A DNA stretch of 64,000 nt. It comes from the human T2T-CHM13v2.0 reference genome, Homo sapiens. Each line of letters begins with the position of its first letter. Position 1 is the stretch's first letter. A program made the position numbers and the translations under genes. Positions 52,262 to 64,000 of the stretch are shown piece after piece. Where the stretch lies: assembly GCF_009914755.1 (NCBI RefSeq), contig NC_060931.1; one strand, given 5' to 3'. The notes beneath the pieces are model-generated. The model saw only the letters and a program-made list of their open reading frames with translations. It did no database searches and was not told the DNA's origin.

Positions 52262-52685
52262 AGGTGTTAGCCTGGGTTTTCCCAAAAGCCGACCTTGAGA
52301 CAAAGGTTCAAGCTCCAGGGTGTTTATTTGGAGGTGATCTGAGGAGGAGGCAAAGGGAAGTTAGATGGGAAGAGAAAGCAACCAATCAACAGTGTGTATC
52401 TGCACAGGTTATCACGGCGCACCAGCGAGCCCCCGTCCCACTGGAGAACTCTTGGAGAACATGAAGAACAGGTGTTGGAGGAATGGTGGAGCCGGGGTTA
52501 TTTATCCACCAACTTCCAGCAGTCATTGTTTGAAGACTGGCGGGAGGGAGGGGGGCTGAGAAAAGGTTAATTAGGTTCCCGTGACCAGAGAAAGCACCCA
52601 CAAGCACTAGCAGACAAGAGCTTTAGCATGTGCACTGTCAGACTCCAAAGATATTCCATGGTGTGGCTGTGCCACTGTACGTTGC
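52262..52685 (-). mobile_element. LTR16-like LTR
   Basis: ccttgagacaaagg...gtttatttggaggtgatc...ggggttatttatccaccaact. Confidence 0.65.
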
Positions 52686-52689
52686 CCAA

Positions 52690-53075
52690 ACTCCTAAAGA
52701 TAGAGAGTTTGTTATTTCCATCATTTTTCCTTTTGCATACAATGCAGCTATGAACCCTCTCAAAGGGTCTTTGTGAATGTACATGTGCGATTTTCTCTAG
52801 GATCTGGACCTAGGATTGGAATTGGAATTTGATGGAGTAGGGGGTGTTGTCAACAACACTAGATATTTCCAAATGGCCTCCCAAGGTCATTGCATCAATT
52901 TTCACCATCTCTGGTAAAATACAAATAATCCTGTTGACTCATGTTCTCACCAATGTTTCCTAGAGTCAACCTTCCTAAATGTTGCCAACCTGTAAGTGTG
53001 GCTTTAATTTGCATTTCCATGGTTACTAATGAGGCTGATCATCATTTTATGTACTTATTGCTGATTATATACCTT
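52690..53075 (-). mobile_element. L1ME fragment
   Basis: aatgcagctatgaac...ttaatttgcatttccatggttactaatgaggctga. Confidence 0.65.
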
Positions 53076-53136
53076 AAAAAAAAAAGTCTAGTGTTGAGTG
53101 TTTAATTCCATAAGCCCATGTGTGTGGCTTAGGAAG

Positions 53137-53138
<2 letters not shown>

Positions 53139-53178
<40 letters not shown>
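53139..53178. repeat. (GT)n microsatellite, ~20 units
   Basis: Directly visible. Confidence 0.98.
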
Positions 53179-53179
<1 letters not shown>

Positions 53180-53892
53180 CTTCATTTTGAGGATTTTTGT
53201 CAAGCATAACTCTTTTTGACACCTTGGGAAGGTATTTGTAAGAGTTACATAGTGCTTTCTTTGGAGACTCCAATAATTATTTGAACTAATGTAATTCTCA
53301 AGTATGAATAATAACATCTTGAGAAAAAGAAAATCATATTCCCCAATAAAATCATCATAATTCCATTACATTTACTGATCTTTCATTGTATTATTAGCCT
53401 ACATTTGTATTCGTTAACTCTCACAAGTACCCAGGGAATCTAAACAGTACCAGTTACATGGGGTTCTGTTGGATCCTGAGAAGCTATTTATCCTTTGAGC
53501 ACAATTCCACATTTTTGAGTTATATTTAGCTAGCATTCCTTGTTGACCTGTTTTCTTGACTATGAGCACATCAGAAAGAGCCTTACCATTTTCTGCCATA
53601 AATAAATCCTTCATTAGTTTCTTAATCAGATTCAAGAGCAAGGTGAGAGAAAGTGGCTGAGCAGGAGGTACTGTAAAGACACTCTTCATCTCTCATCTTC
53701 ACGCTGGGCTAAGCTTCAAGTCAGTGTTAGGGATGACACAGAAATTGAAAGCACAGTTGATGAGTAAGTAACCAGTGGTGAAAAGGGACCTGTGCGGTGA
53801 AGGGTTAACTCAGCAGGTCTTAGTTGTCCAAACCCTGCACATTAAAACTCTGGTCCTTAACTGGCTCCTGGGAGGTAACCTCTAAGCCCTTA

Positions 53893-54316
53893 TGTGGCAG
53901 AATAGGCAAGCCCCCAAAATGGGGGTTAGAACAGGAGGGTTCTTGGCTTCACCCAAGACAGAATTCAAGGGCAAGCCAATGGTGTTAGACAGCAATCTTT
54001 TTTGAATGGTACTTCTCCTTGTGGAGCAAGGCACAACCTATGGGCCATTGACAACTGTATTTATACTCATGTTAACCCACTTTTAATTACCTGCAAATTA
54101 AGGGGTAGGTCAATGCAAGCTGAGGGGTGCTGGTAAGAGTGTCTTATGCCAATGAGCAATGAGGGCAGGTGGGGATCACTTTTTTCACCATCTGCCAGTT
54201 TCTGTGGGTTTGTTTTGTTTTGTTTTGTTTGGGTTTTTTTATTTTTGTCCTTATAGATCTTGTTTTGGTTAGCATGGTTGTGACCAGAAAACAAGTCCTG
54301 CCAAGCTCCTACCTCA
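53893..54316 (-). mobile_element. MER66-like ERV1 LTR
   Basis: gggttcttggcttcacccaag...gaattcaagggcaagcc...gaaaacaagtcctgc...ctcctacctca. Confidence 0.7.
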
Positions 54317-54326
54317 CATGAAAAGC

Positions 54327-54703
54327 TGTACTAGCCTGTTCTCACACTGTTGTGAGGACATAATCAGGACTGGGTATTTTATAAAAGAAAGAGGTTTAAT
54401 TGACTCACAGTTCAGCATGGCTGGGGAGGCCTCAGGAAACTTACAATCATGGTGGAAGGGGAAGCCAATATGCCCTTCTTCACATGGCAACAGGAAGGAG
54501 AAGAATGAGAGCTAAGCAAAGGGGGAAGCCCCTTACAAAACCATCAGATCTGGTGAGAACTTACTCACTATCACAAGAACAGGATGAAGGAAACCACCCC
54601 CATAATTCAATTATCTCCACCTGGTCCTTCCCATGACACGTGGGGATTATGGGAACTACAATTCAAGATGAGATTTGAGTGGGGACACAGCCAAACTGTA
54701 TCA
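54327..54703 (-). mobile_element. THE1D-like LTR
   Basis: tgtactagcctgttctcacac...ggggacacagccaaactgtatca; TSD aaagc/aacgc. Confidence 0.92.
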
Positions 54704-55259
54704 AACGCCCTGCCTGGTAAGAGTGTCTTTGTTTACCTGGAGGCCTTGGGCCATGCCAGATAATCTAACAATGGGATTTATGGTGGGGGCTTTGGGTCAC
54801 ATGATATCAGCTCAACCTCTACAGGGGCTGGAGTCTAAGTTCAGCCACATGAGTGGCTGGCCATGCCTACATATCCAGCCTCCAATAAAAACTCTAGACA
54901 CCAAGGCCTAGGTGAGTGTCCCTGGTTGGTAATTCTCCATTCTAGTGGTCATGCACAGTTACTAGGAGAAATAAGTGCTGTCTGCATCACTGCCCTGGGA
55001 AACGACAACTAGAAGCTTGCACCAGGTCTATCCTGGACCCCGTCCTATGGGACTCTTCTCCTTACTAATTTTAATCTGTATCCTTTTGCTATAATAAATT
55101 GTAGCTGTGAGTGTAACATCTTTTCTGAGTTCTGGGAGCCCTTCTCATGAATCATGGGACCGGAGGAGTGGTCTGGGGGATCCTCAAACTGCAGTACTAG
55201 GCAGTGCACACTTATAATGCATGAATGTAAGGTATGAATCCAATTAACTCTTTTCCTTC

Positions 55260-55804
55260 TGTATTAGGGTTCTCTAGAGGGACAGGACTAATAGGACAGA
55301 TGTATATATGAAGGGGAGTTTATTAAGGAGAATTGACTCACTTGATCACAAGGTGAGGTCCCACAATAGGCCGTCTGCAATCTGAGGAGCAAGGAAGCCA
55401 GTCCAAGTCCCAAAACCTCAAAAGTAGGGAAGCGAACAGTGCAGCCTTCAGTCTACAGCCGAAGGCCCGAGAGCACCTGGCAAACCACTGGTGTAGGTCC
55501 AAGAGTCCAAAAGCTGAAGAACTTGAGTCCGATGTTCAAGGGCAAGAAGAGTCCAGCATGGGAGAAAGATGAAGGCCAGAAGACTCAGGCAGTCTAGTCC
55601 TTCCACATTCCTCTACCTGCTTTTATCCTAGCTGCACTGGCAGCTGATTAGATGGTGCCCACCCAGATTGAGGGTGGCTGTGCCTTTTCCAGTCCACTGA
55701 CTCAAATGTTAATCTCCTTTGGCAACACCCTCACAGACACACCCAGGAACAATACTTTACATTCTTCAATCCAATCAACTTGACACTCAGCATTAACCAT
55801 CACA
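55260..55804 (-). mobile_element. MLT2A2-like HERV-L solo LTR, full length
   Basis: tgtattagggttctctagagggacag...ttgacactcagcattaaccatcaca; TSD ccttc/ccctc. Confidence 0.92.
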
Positions 55805-55834
55805 CCCTCCTATCTAACCTCTTTGTTCACCATT

Positions 55835-56297
55835 GCCTTCGTTCAGGTTACATTAACAGCAATACCATAGACTGAGTGGCTTAAACAACAAACATTTCTT
55901 TCTCACAGTTCTGGGGGCCAGAAGTCAGAGATCAACGTGCCAACATGGTCAGGTCCTGGCAAGGGTCTGCTTCCTGGTTTGAAGACGCAGCCTTCTTGCT
56001 GTGTCTTCACTCAGAGAGGGTGAAAAAGAGAGAAGAGAGAGAGAAGGGGAGAGAGAGAGAGAAGGGGAGAGAGAGAGAGAGAGACAGAGAAAGAGAGAGA
56101 GAGAGAGACAGAGAGAAGGAGAGAGAGAGAGAGAGAGAACTCCCTGATGTCTCTTCTTATAAGGGCAGGAATCCCATTCATGAAGGCTCCACCCTTATGA
56201 CTTAATTACTCCCATCACTGAGGACCATTACAGTGAGGATTAGGGCTTCAACAGGTGAATTAGGGGCAGACACAAACATTCAGTCCACAGCAACCAC
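55835..56297 (-). mobile_element. MLT1A-like LTR with internal (GA)n
   Basis: ataccatagactgagtggcttaaacaac...ctcttcttataaggg...caaacattcagtccacagca. Confidence 0.85.
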
Positions 56298-56474
56298 TAA
56301 TCATTGATATCCCCCTTCCCGACCCAAATGTCAGCGCTCTAACTCCATAGGAGCTGGCCAAAATTTTCCAAATTTTAACACAGAGACCCTGGAGACAACA
56401 ACTGTAAACAAACTGTCTTTGGCTTCCATCAACCAAGCCCACAACCCTTGGTTCCCATTTCAGAGCATTGTTTA

Positions 56475-56557
56475 TTAGGTTCGTGCAAAAGTAATTGCAG
56501 TTTTTGCCATTACTTTTCTAAATGGCAAAAACCACAAATACTTTCTCACCAACTTAA
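56475..56557. mobile_element. MADE1 (Hsmar1-derived MITE)
   Basis: ttaggttcgtgcaaaagtaattgcagtttttgccatt...aatggcaaaaacc...caccaacttaa; TA flanks. Confidence 0.95.
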
Positions 56558-57440
56558 TAGAATTGACCAAGCCACAGAGACAGACTCCTTTAGAGACACA
56601 TATTGTCAATTATTTTTCTTGCTGAACTATTTAAATCCTGTAATTAATTACATCTCTTCAGGTAATATATTTGTAGCCTGCGCCCCTGACACAAGGATCC
56701 ACAACTTCAAACGTTTCAATAAGCAAATAACATAAAACAGCATTGATTATTTGTCCTGTTTTTCTCAGCTCAGGTTAGAAAGTTCATTTGACTTAGAAGA
56801 AAATAAAACGTATTTTAAGTGAGAGAAACAGATCACAGGACTATATATATCATGGAATCCTAATTTTGTAAAAACTGCACAGGTATTTGCATAGAAATAA
56901 ACATAGAAGGAAAACCCTTAAGATGTTAACAGCAGGCTCTCAGTAGGGAGATGGAGTTGTGGGCAACTTTCCCTCTTTATCTTTTTGTTGAGTTTGTTGT
57001 TTGGTTTCTCTGCAAACAGCATGGATTAATTGACAAAGTAAAGGATGAAATATTGATAGATGAATTCATTATCTCTACAGTTCTAGACTGTTTACTTACC
57101 TGCTCTTCTTTACATATTCTGAAAGAAATGTTCTGCAGCAGAAACCATAGGGTATTTGGTGCTAATAGGAGTCCATGGAGTTGCCATACAGATTCTGGAG
57201 CCAATACCAGAGAGGAGAGAGGTATGATGGGACCCAGAATCTCAGCTCCACGAGGCCAGGGATGGGTCTTTCTATCCCCAGGGCCTGGCTGGCACCTGCA
57301 CATAGCTGTGCCCAGTCCCGTTTGTTGAATTGAATGAAGGGCTCGCTTTGTTTTCCTTACCAAACTTGGTTTGAGAATTGAGGGAAGAAAGAAGGAGGAG
57401 AAGGAGAAAAAGGAGGAAAGTGATGAGGAGGAGGAGAAGG

Positions 57441-58230
57441 TGATGTAGTTTTTGGATCTGTGTCCCCGCCCAAATCTCATATTGAATTATAATCCCCAGC
57501 GTTGGAGGTGGGGCCTGGTCGGAGGTGATTGGATCATGGGCGATCGTTTATTCTCAAAAATGGTTTAGCACCATCCTCCTTGGTACTGTTCTTACTGCGA
57601 TAATGTATTAGTCTGTTCTCATGCTACTAATAAAGACATACCCAAGACTGGGTAATTTATAAAGGAAAGAGGTTTCATGGGCTCACAATTCCACATGGCT
57701 GGGGAGGCCTCACAATCATGGCGGAAGGCAAAGGAGAAGCAAAGTCACGTCTTACATGGTGGCAGGCAAGAGAGTATGTGCAGGGGAAAGCCCCTTTATA
57801 AAACCATCAGATCTCATGAGACTTATTCACTGTCATGAGAACAGCACAGCAAATACCCACCCCCATCATTCAATTACCTCCCTCTGGGTCCCTCCCATGA
57901 TACATGGGGATTATTACAATTCAAGGTGAGATTTGGGTGGGGACACAGAGCCAAACCATATCAGATAAAGAGTGAGTTATTATGAGATCTGGTTGAAAGT
58001 GTGCAGCACCTCCTGCTCTCAGTCTCCTGTTCCTGCCCTGGCCATACGATGACATGCCTGCTCCACCTTCATCTTCTGAAGCTTCCTGAGGCCTCCCTAG
58101 AAGCTGAGCAGATGCCAGCACCATGCTTCCTGTACAGCCTACAGAAAAGGGAGCCAATTAAACCTCTTTTCTTTATAAATTACCCAGTCTTGGGTATTTC
58201 TTTATAGCAACACAATAATGGCCTTATACA
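57441..58230 (+). mobile_element. MSTB-like LTR with a nested THE1
   Basis: tgatgtagtttttggatctgtgtcccc...gccaattaaacctcttttctttataaattaccc...ataca. Confidence 0.9.
57604..57963 (-). mobile_element. THE1C/D-like LTR
   Basis: tgtattagtctg...ccaaaccatatca; perfect TSD gataa. Confidence 0.95.
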
Positions 58231-58768
58231 AGAGGAGAATGAGGAGGATGAGTAAGAGGAGGAGGAGGAAAGTTAGGAGGAGGAGGAGAGGGAAGATGAA
58301 AAGGAGGAGGAGAAGGAGGAAGAGGAAAATTAGGAGGAGGAGGAGGAGACAAAGGAGAAGGAGGAGAAGGAGGAAAATTAGAAGGGGGAGAAGAGGGAAG
58401 ATGAGGAGGAGGAGGAGAAGGAGGAAAATTAGGAGGGGGAGGAGAAGAGGGGAGATGAGGAGAAGAGGGGAGAAGGAGAAGAAGGAAAATTAGGAGGAGG
58501 AGGAGGAGAAAAAGGAGAAGGAGGAGAAGGAAAATTAGGAGGAGAAGGGGGAGAAGAGGGAAGATGAGGAGGAGGAGGAGAAGGAGAAAAATTAGGAGGA
58601 GAAGGGGGAGAAGAGGGAAGATGAGGAGAAGGAGGAGAAGGAGGAAAATTAGGAGGGGGAGGAGAAGAGGGGAGATGAGGAGAAGAGGGGAGATGAGGAG
58701 AAGAGGGGAGATGAGAAGAGGGGAGAAGGAGGAAAATTAGGAGGAGGAGGAGGAGGAAGGAGGAAGAA
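58231..58768 (+). repeat. GGA/GAA-rich polypurine repeat with recurring aaaattagg blocks
   Basis: Directly visible; almost no C. Confidence 0.95.
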
Positions 58769-59411
58769 TAGTCTAGATAAATGCATTGCATTGGCATTGA
58801 AGTCATTTGCAGCCATTGATTTTCAGAATAAAGTCTGGGGAAAGGCCCCCCAGGAAAGTTGATTCTGCAGTGTTTCTGTAAATATTCACTCTCCTGTCCC
58901 TTTCCATCTCTCAAGATTCCCAGATCCTCTGCCACTAAGTTGAATTATCCTTGCATGTAGACCTGAAATCTGGTTGAGAAGCATCTTTACTCCCTGTTTG
59001 CCTAACTGAGAGGCTTCACGGAAACTGGATGCTATTTTGATCAAAGATCAAATTCCCCCATCCCTTTCCAGGATGGTTCACCTGACAGCAACCAAGACCC
59101 AGGTTCTAAGTTTACGTGGGAAAATTGCCTCATTGACTATATGAACCCAATGACTCACTTCAGAGAACAAAGACCTTTTAAGTGTACCTAAATCCTCAAA
59201 GCAAGACAGAATGCACCACGTAATCTTTGGTGTGTGAATTTCCCAAACAGAGCTTCAATCACAGAAGCACAGTCTTCAAGAAACCCTGCATATTTCACAC
59301 ACACTCCAGCTTCTGGGAGGGTACATTGCTCAGTGCTATCAGCCCAAGCCCTCGGTGTGAAATGAAAAACACACTCAACATGTGAAACTCAAGTCGGACC
59401 ACATGCTAAAG

Positions 59412-59612
59412 CAGGGACAGTGAACTTTGTAAAGGGCCAGAGAGTAAATATCTTTGGTTCTGTGAGCCTCATGGGTTCTGTCCTAACCACTCAACTCTGC
59501 CTCTACAGTTCAAAGGCTGCCATAGACAGCACATGAACAAGTGAGCATGGCTGTGTTCCAATAAAACTTTATTCGCTAAAACAGGCTGTAGGCCATAGTT
59601 TGAGGATCCCTG
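59412..59612. mobile_element. MER58A hAT MITE
   Basis: gtaaagggccagagagtaaatat...catggctgtgttccaataaaactttatt...gccatagtttg. Confidence 0.88.
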
Positions 59613-60494
59613 TTCGAAGGAAAAGAGTAATCTGGAAGGTTTGTGAAATATTTATTTCAATTGTCTCAGAGTATGTGTGTGTACATGTATAATGTGTATT
59701 ATATATGCCCTTTGACTACATATTATGTATATATATTTTGACTATATATTGTATATCTACACTTTGAATATATCTCATGTTTATACAATATTTAATACTT
59801 TAAATATATTTCGTGATTTATTATTTTTATTAAGTTAATATAAATTATTGTTTCTATTGTATATTGATATAACATATTTTGTTATAAACTATTTTAATTA
59901 TTATATGTATTAATTAAATAATAATCTAATTCATATTGTATATGATATGTATGCAAAACGGGATTATATATGCACGTGTGTGTAATGTGTATATGTATAT
60001 ATAATAAACATACATATTTATATATAAGAAATCAAACATATAAGTAGCTTTGAATAGATTCAAATATATAACTATAATACATATTTATATAGAGAGAAGA
60101 AATCAAACATATAAGTAGCTTTAAACATACTTGTAGGTTTGATTCCTTCTCTACCAAGTCTAGGAACTGAATATACATGAAGCACAATGGTTATTTGTTT
60201 CCTGTGTCCACACAAAGTCTATGCTTTGGGCTCTGTAAGAGTAGCACAATGTTCCAGATGTCCATAAGGCACAAAGAGTGGAGATGCTGCCCTCATCCCT
60301 GAAACCTGGTCACCCCTTCCATCTCCGTGGTCCTGTGACCCATCCTTTCTAGACACTGGGGAGCAGTCCAAGGGTTTCAGTCACCCTCAAAATCAAACAC
60401 TTCATCTTTTGCAGGTCTTTATGCCTCCCAGGTGGGCAGAAATTATTTTTCTTTTTTACTCAACAAATACATATATATAGACACAACAAATATG

Positions 60495-61267
<773 letters not shown>

Positions 61268-61274
61268 GAATATA

Positions 61275-61838
61275 AATTTTTTAATTTCTACTTTATTTTA
61301 CATATGGGGGTACATGTGCAGACTTGTTACGTGGGAATAAATATTGCGTGATGCTGAGGTTTGGAGTACGGATCCCATCACCCAGGTGGAGTGGAGTGTT
61401 GAAAGGTATTTCATCAGCCACTTCCCTCCATCCCTGCCTAATAGTCTCTAGTGTCTATTGTTCCCATATATTTTTCTTTTTTTGAGACGGAGTCTCACTC
61501 TGTCGCCCAGGCTGGAGTGCAGTGGCATGATCTCGGCTCACTGCAACCTCCCCCTCCAGGGGTTCAAGCGATTCTCCTGCCTCAGCCTCCTGAGTAGCTG
61601 GGATTACAGGCATGCATCGCCACATCCGACAAATTTTTGTATTTTTAGTAGAGACGGGGTTTCACCATATTGGCCAGGCTGGTCTTGAACTCCTGATCTC
61701 AAGTGATCCAACTGCCTCAGTCTCCCAAATTGCTGGGATTATAGGCATGAGCCACCGTGCCCAGCCTATTGTTCCCAAATTTATGGCCTTGGGCACTGAA
61801 TGCTTAGTTTCCACCTATAAGTGAGAAAATGTGGTATG
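61275..61838 (-). mobile_element. Old L1PA (L1PA15-17-like) 3' UTR with a nested Alu
   Basis: gggtacatgtgcag...tgatgctgaggtttgg...ataagtgagaaaatgtggtat. Confidence 0.85.
61471..61766 (-). mobile_element. AluS
   Basis: TSD tattgttccca. Confidence 0.95.
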
Positions 61839-62280
61839 CAGGAATTACTAACAAAGGAAAATAGAGCTACAAAAGCGTAGCTATCATAGATCTGAACTCT
61901 CTCTCCTGCCTATCAAAGTTGACTCCAAATCGACAGTTTCTTTTAACTCCACTTTTTACTTTACTTTTTTTACTCATTTTCATTCCAAACAACTGTTTTT
62001 CTAATGGCCAGATAGGCTGCATCTTAGAGAAAAAGAAATCAAACATGTTCACTTTTATTGCCCAAGAAACACCTTGGTCATAGCAGCTGCCTTACTATTT
62101 ATAAAATATATGTGATTTTTATTCTACCCAAGTTGAAATTTATGTGCATTTCTATTATTGTCCAAAAGTCACCCCCCCCAAAAAAAAGAATCACTTGGAA
62201 ACTCTTTTAGTGGCAAATAGGGAACAAAAATGGAACAGAGACAAATGAGTGTGCAAGGCCACCTGCTGGAAAAAGGCTGG

Positions 62281-63083
<803 letters not shown>

Positions 63084-63284
63084 GCCAGTATGCAAAGTTC
63101 CCAGGCACTTGGCATCCAATAAGAGGATGTTTCACACAGGAGCAAGGCAATAACCCCATTCAAGTGATTCCTGCCCCCTCCGATTCCTTTATAGTGCAAG
63201 GCAGCAGAGAACAGGGTCTTCTTCCAGGTCAATGCCAATGTGCATTCAGCCGTGCCTGATCCCCCATGCCTTTCTGCGGGGTTC

Positions 63285-63770
<486 letters not shown>

Positions 63771-63802
63771 TTTTGAGCCCTGGGCCCTGAAAACATCTAG
63801 AA

Positions 63803-63965
63803 CAGCACCATCCAATGCAGCAGCCACTGGCCACATGTGGCCGTTGAGCACTTGAAATGTGGCTAGTGCTAATGAAGAACTGAATTTGAAACTATATTTT
63901 AACTTCAATTAATTTAAGTTCAAATAGCCATACATGGCCAATGGCTATCATATTGGATCGTGTAG
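63803..63965. mobile_element. MER3 hAT MITE
   Basis: gccacatgtggccgttgagcacttgaaatgtggctagtg; 8-bp TSD atctagaa/atctggag. Confidence 0.88.
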
Positions 63966-64000
63966 ATCTGGAGTCAATCTTGATTTTGTATCTGGAAGTT

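Larger units (their letters stand above)
53791..55193 (+). mobile_element. MER77-like ERVL LTR with two nested LTRs
   Basis: tgtgcggtgaagggttaactcagcagg...taacctctaagccct; resumes 54704 taagagtgtctttg...ctgagttctgggagccc. Confidence 0.75.

Noticed and set aside
56951-57480. Overlapping 125-aa and 167-aa ORFs
   Set aside because: They begin in repeat sequence, include low-complexity stretches and show no domain or clear exon boundaries.
58218-58935. Arg-rich protamine-like ORF (+) and Pro/Ser-rich ORF (-)
   Set aside because: Both are translations of the GGA-rich simple repeat, with no supporting gene structure.

Overview
Hominid (human-like) non-coding genomic DNA: about 40 Alu/FLAM/FRAM copies plus a 5'-truncated SVA, a family restricted to hominoids. 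I see no credible protein-coding exon, RNA gene, CpG-island promoter or CRISPR array; the supplied ORFs that I examined are Alu-, L1-, LTR- or simple-repeat read-throughs. Most of the window is layered transposable elements: L1 (PA/PB/M), L2, MIR, HAL1, MaLR LTRs (THE1/MST/MLT1), ERV1/ERVL LTRs (MER41, MER4, MER77-, MER66-, LTR16-, LTR33-, LTR67-like, MLT2A) and DNA transposons (MER1A, MER44, MER58, MER3, MADE1, a near-full-length hAT-Blackjack fossil). There are several tandem arrays (23-bp, 35-bp, GAAA, CTAT, GGA-rich, AT-only). Most notable: a ~420-bp inverted, templated copy of local sequence (20525-20942 vs 23239-23658) inserted into an old LTR; a 35-bp minisatellite with higher-order structure that arose inside a MIR; a 23-bp array of octamer-like motifs; a MER41 LTR with an intact GAS motif; an L1 with an apparent 3' transduction; and the ~2.9-kb Blackjack element with readable transposase motifs. 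I found no evidence of a new multi-gene system. Subfamily names come from recalled consensus sequences, boundaries of old repeats are approximate, and all need RepeatMasker/Dfam confirmation.
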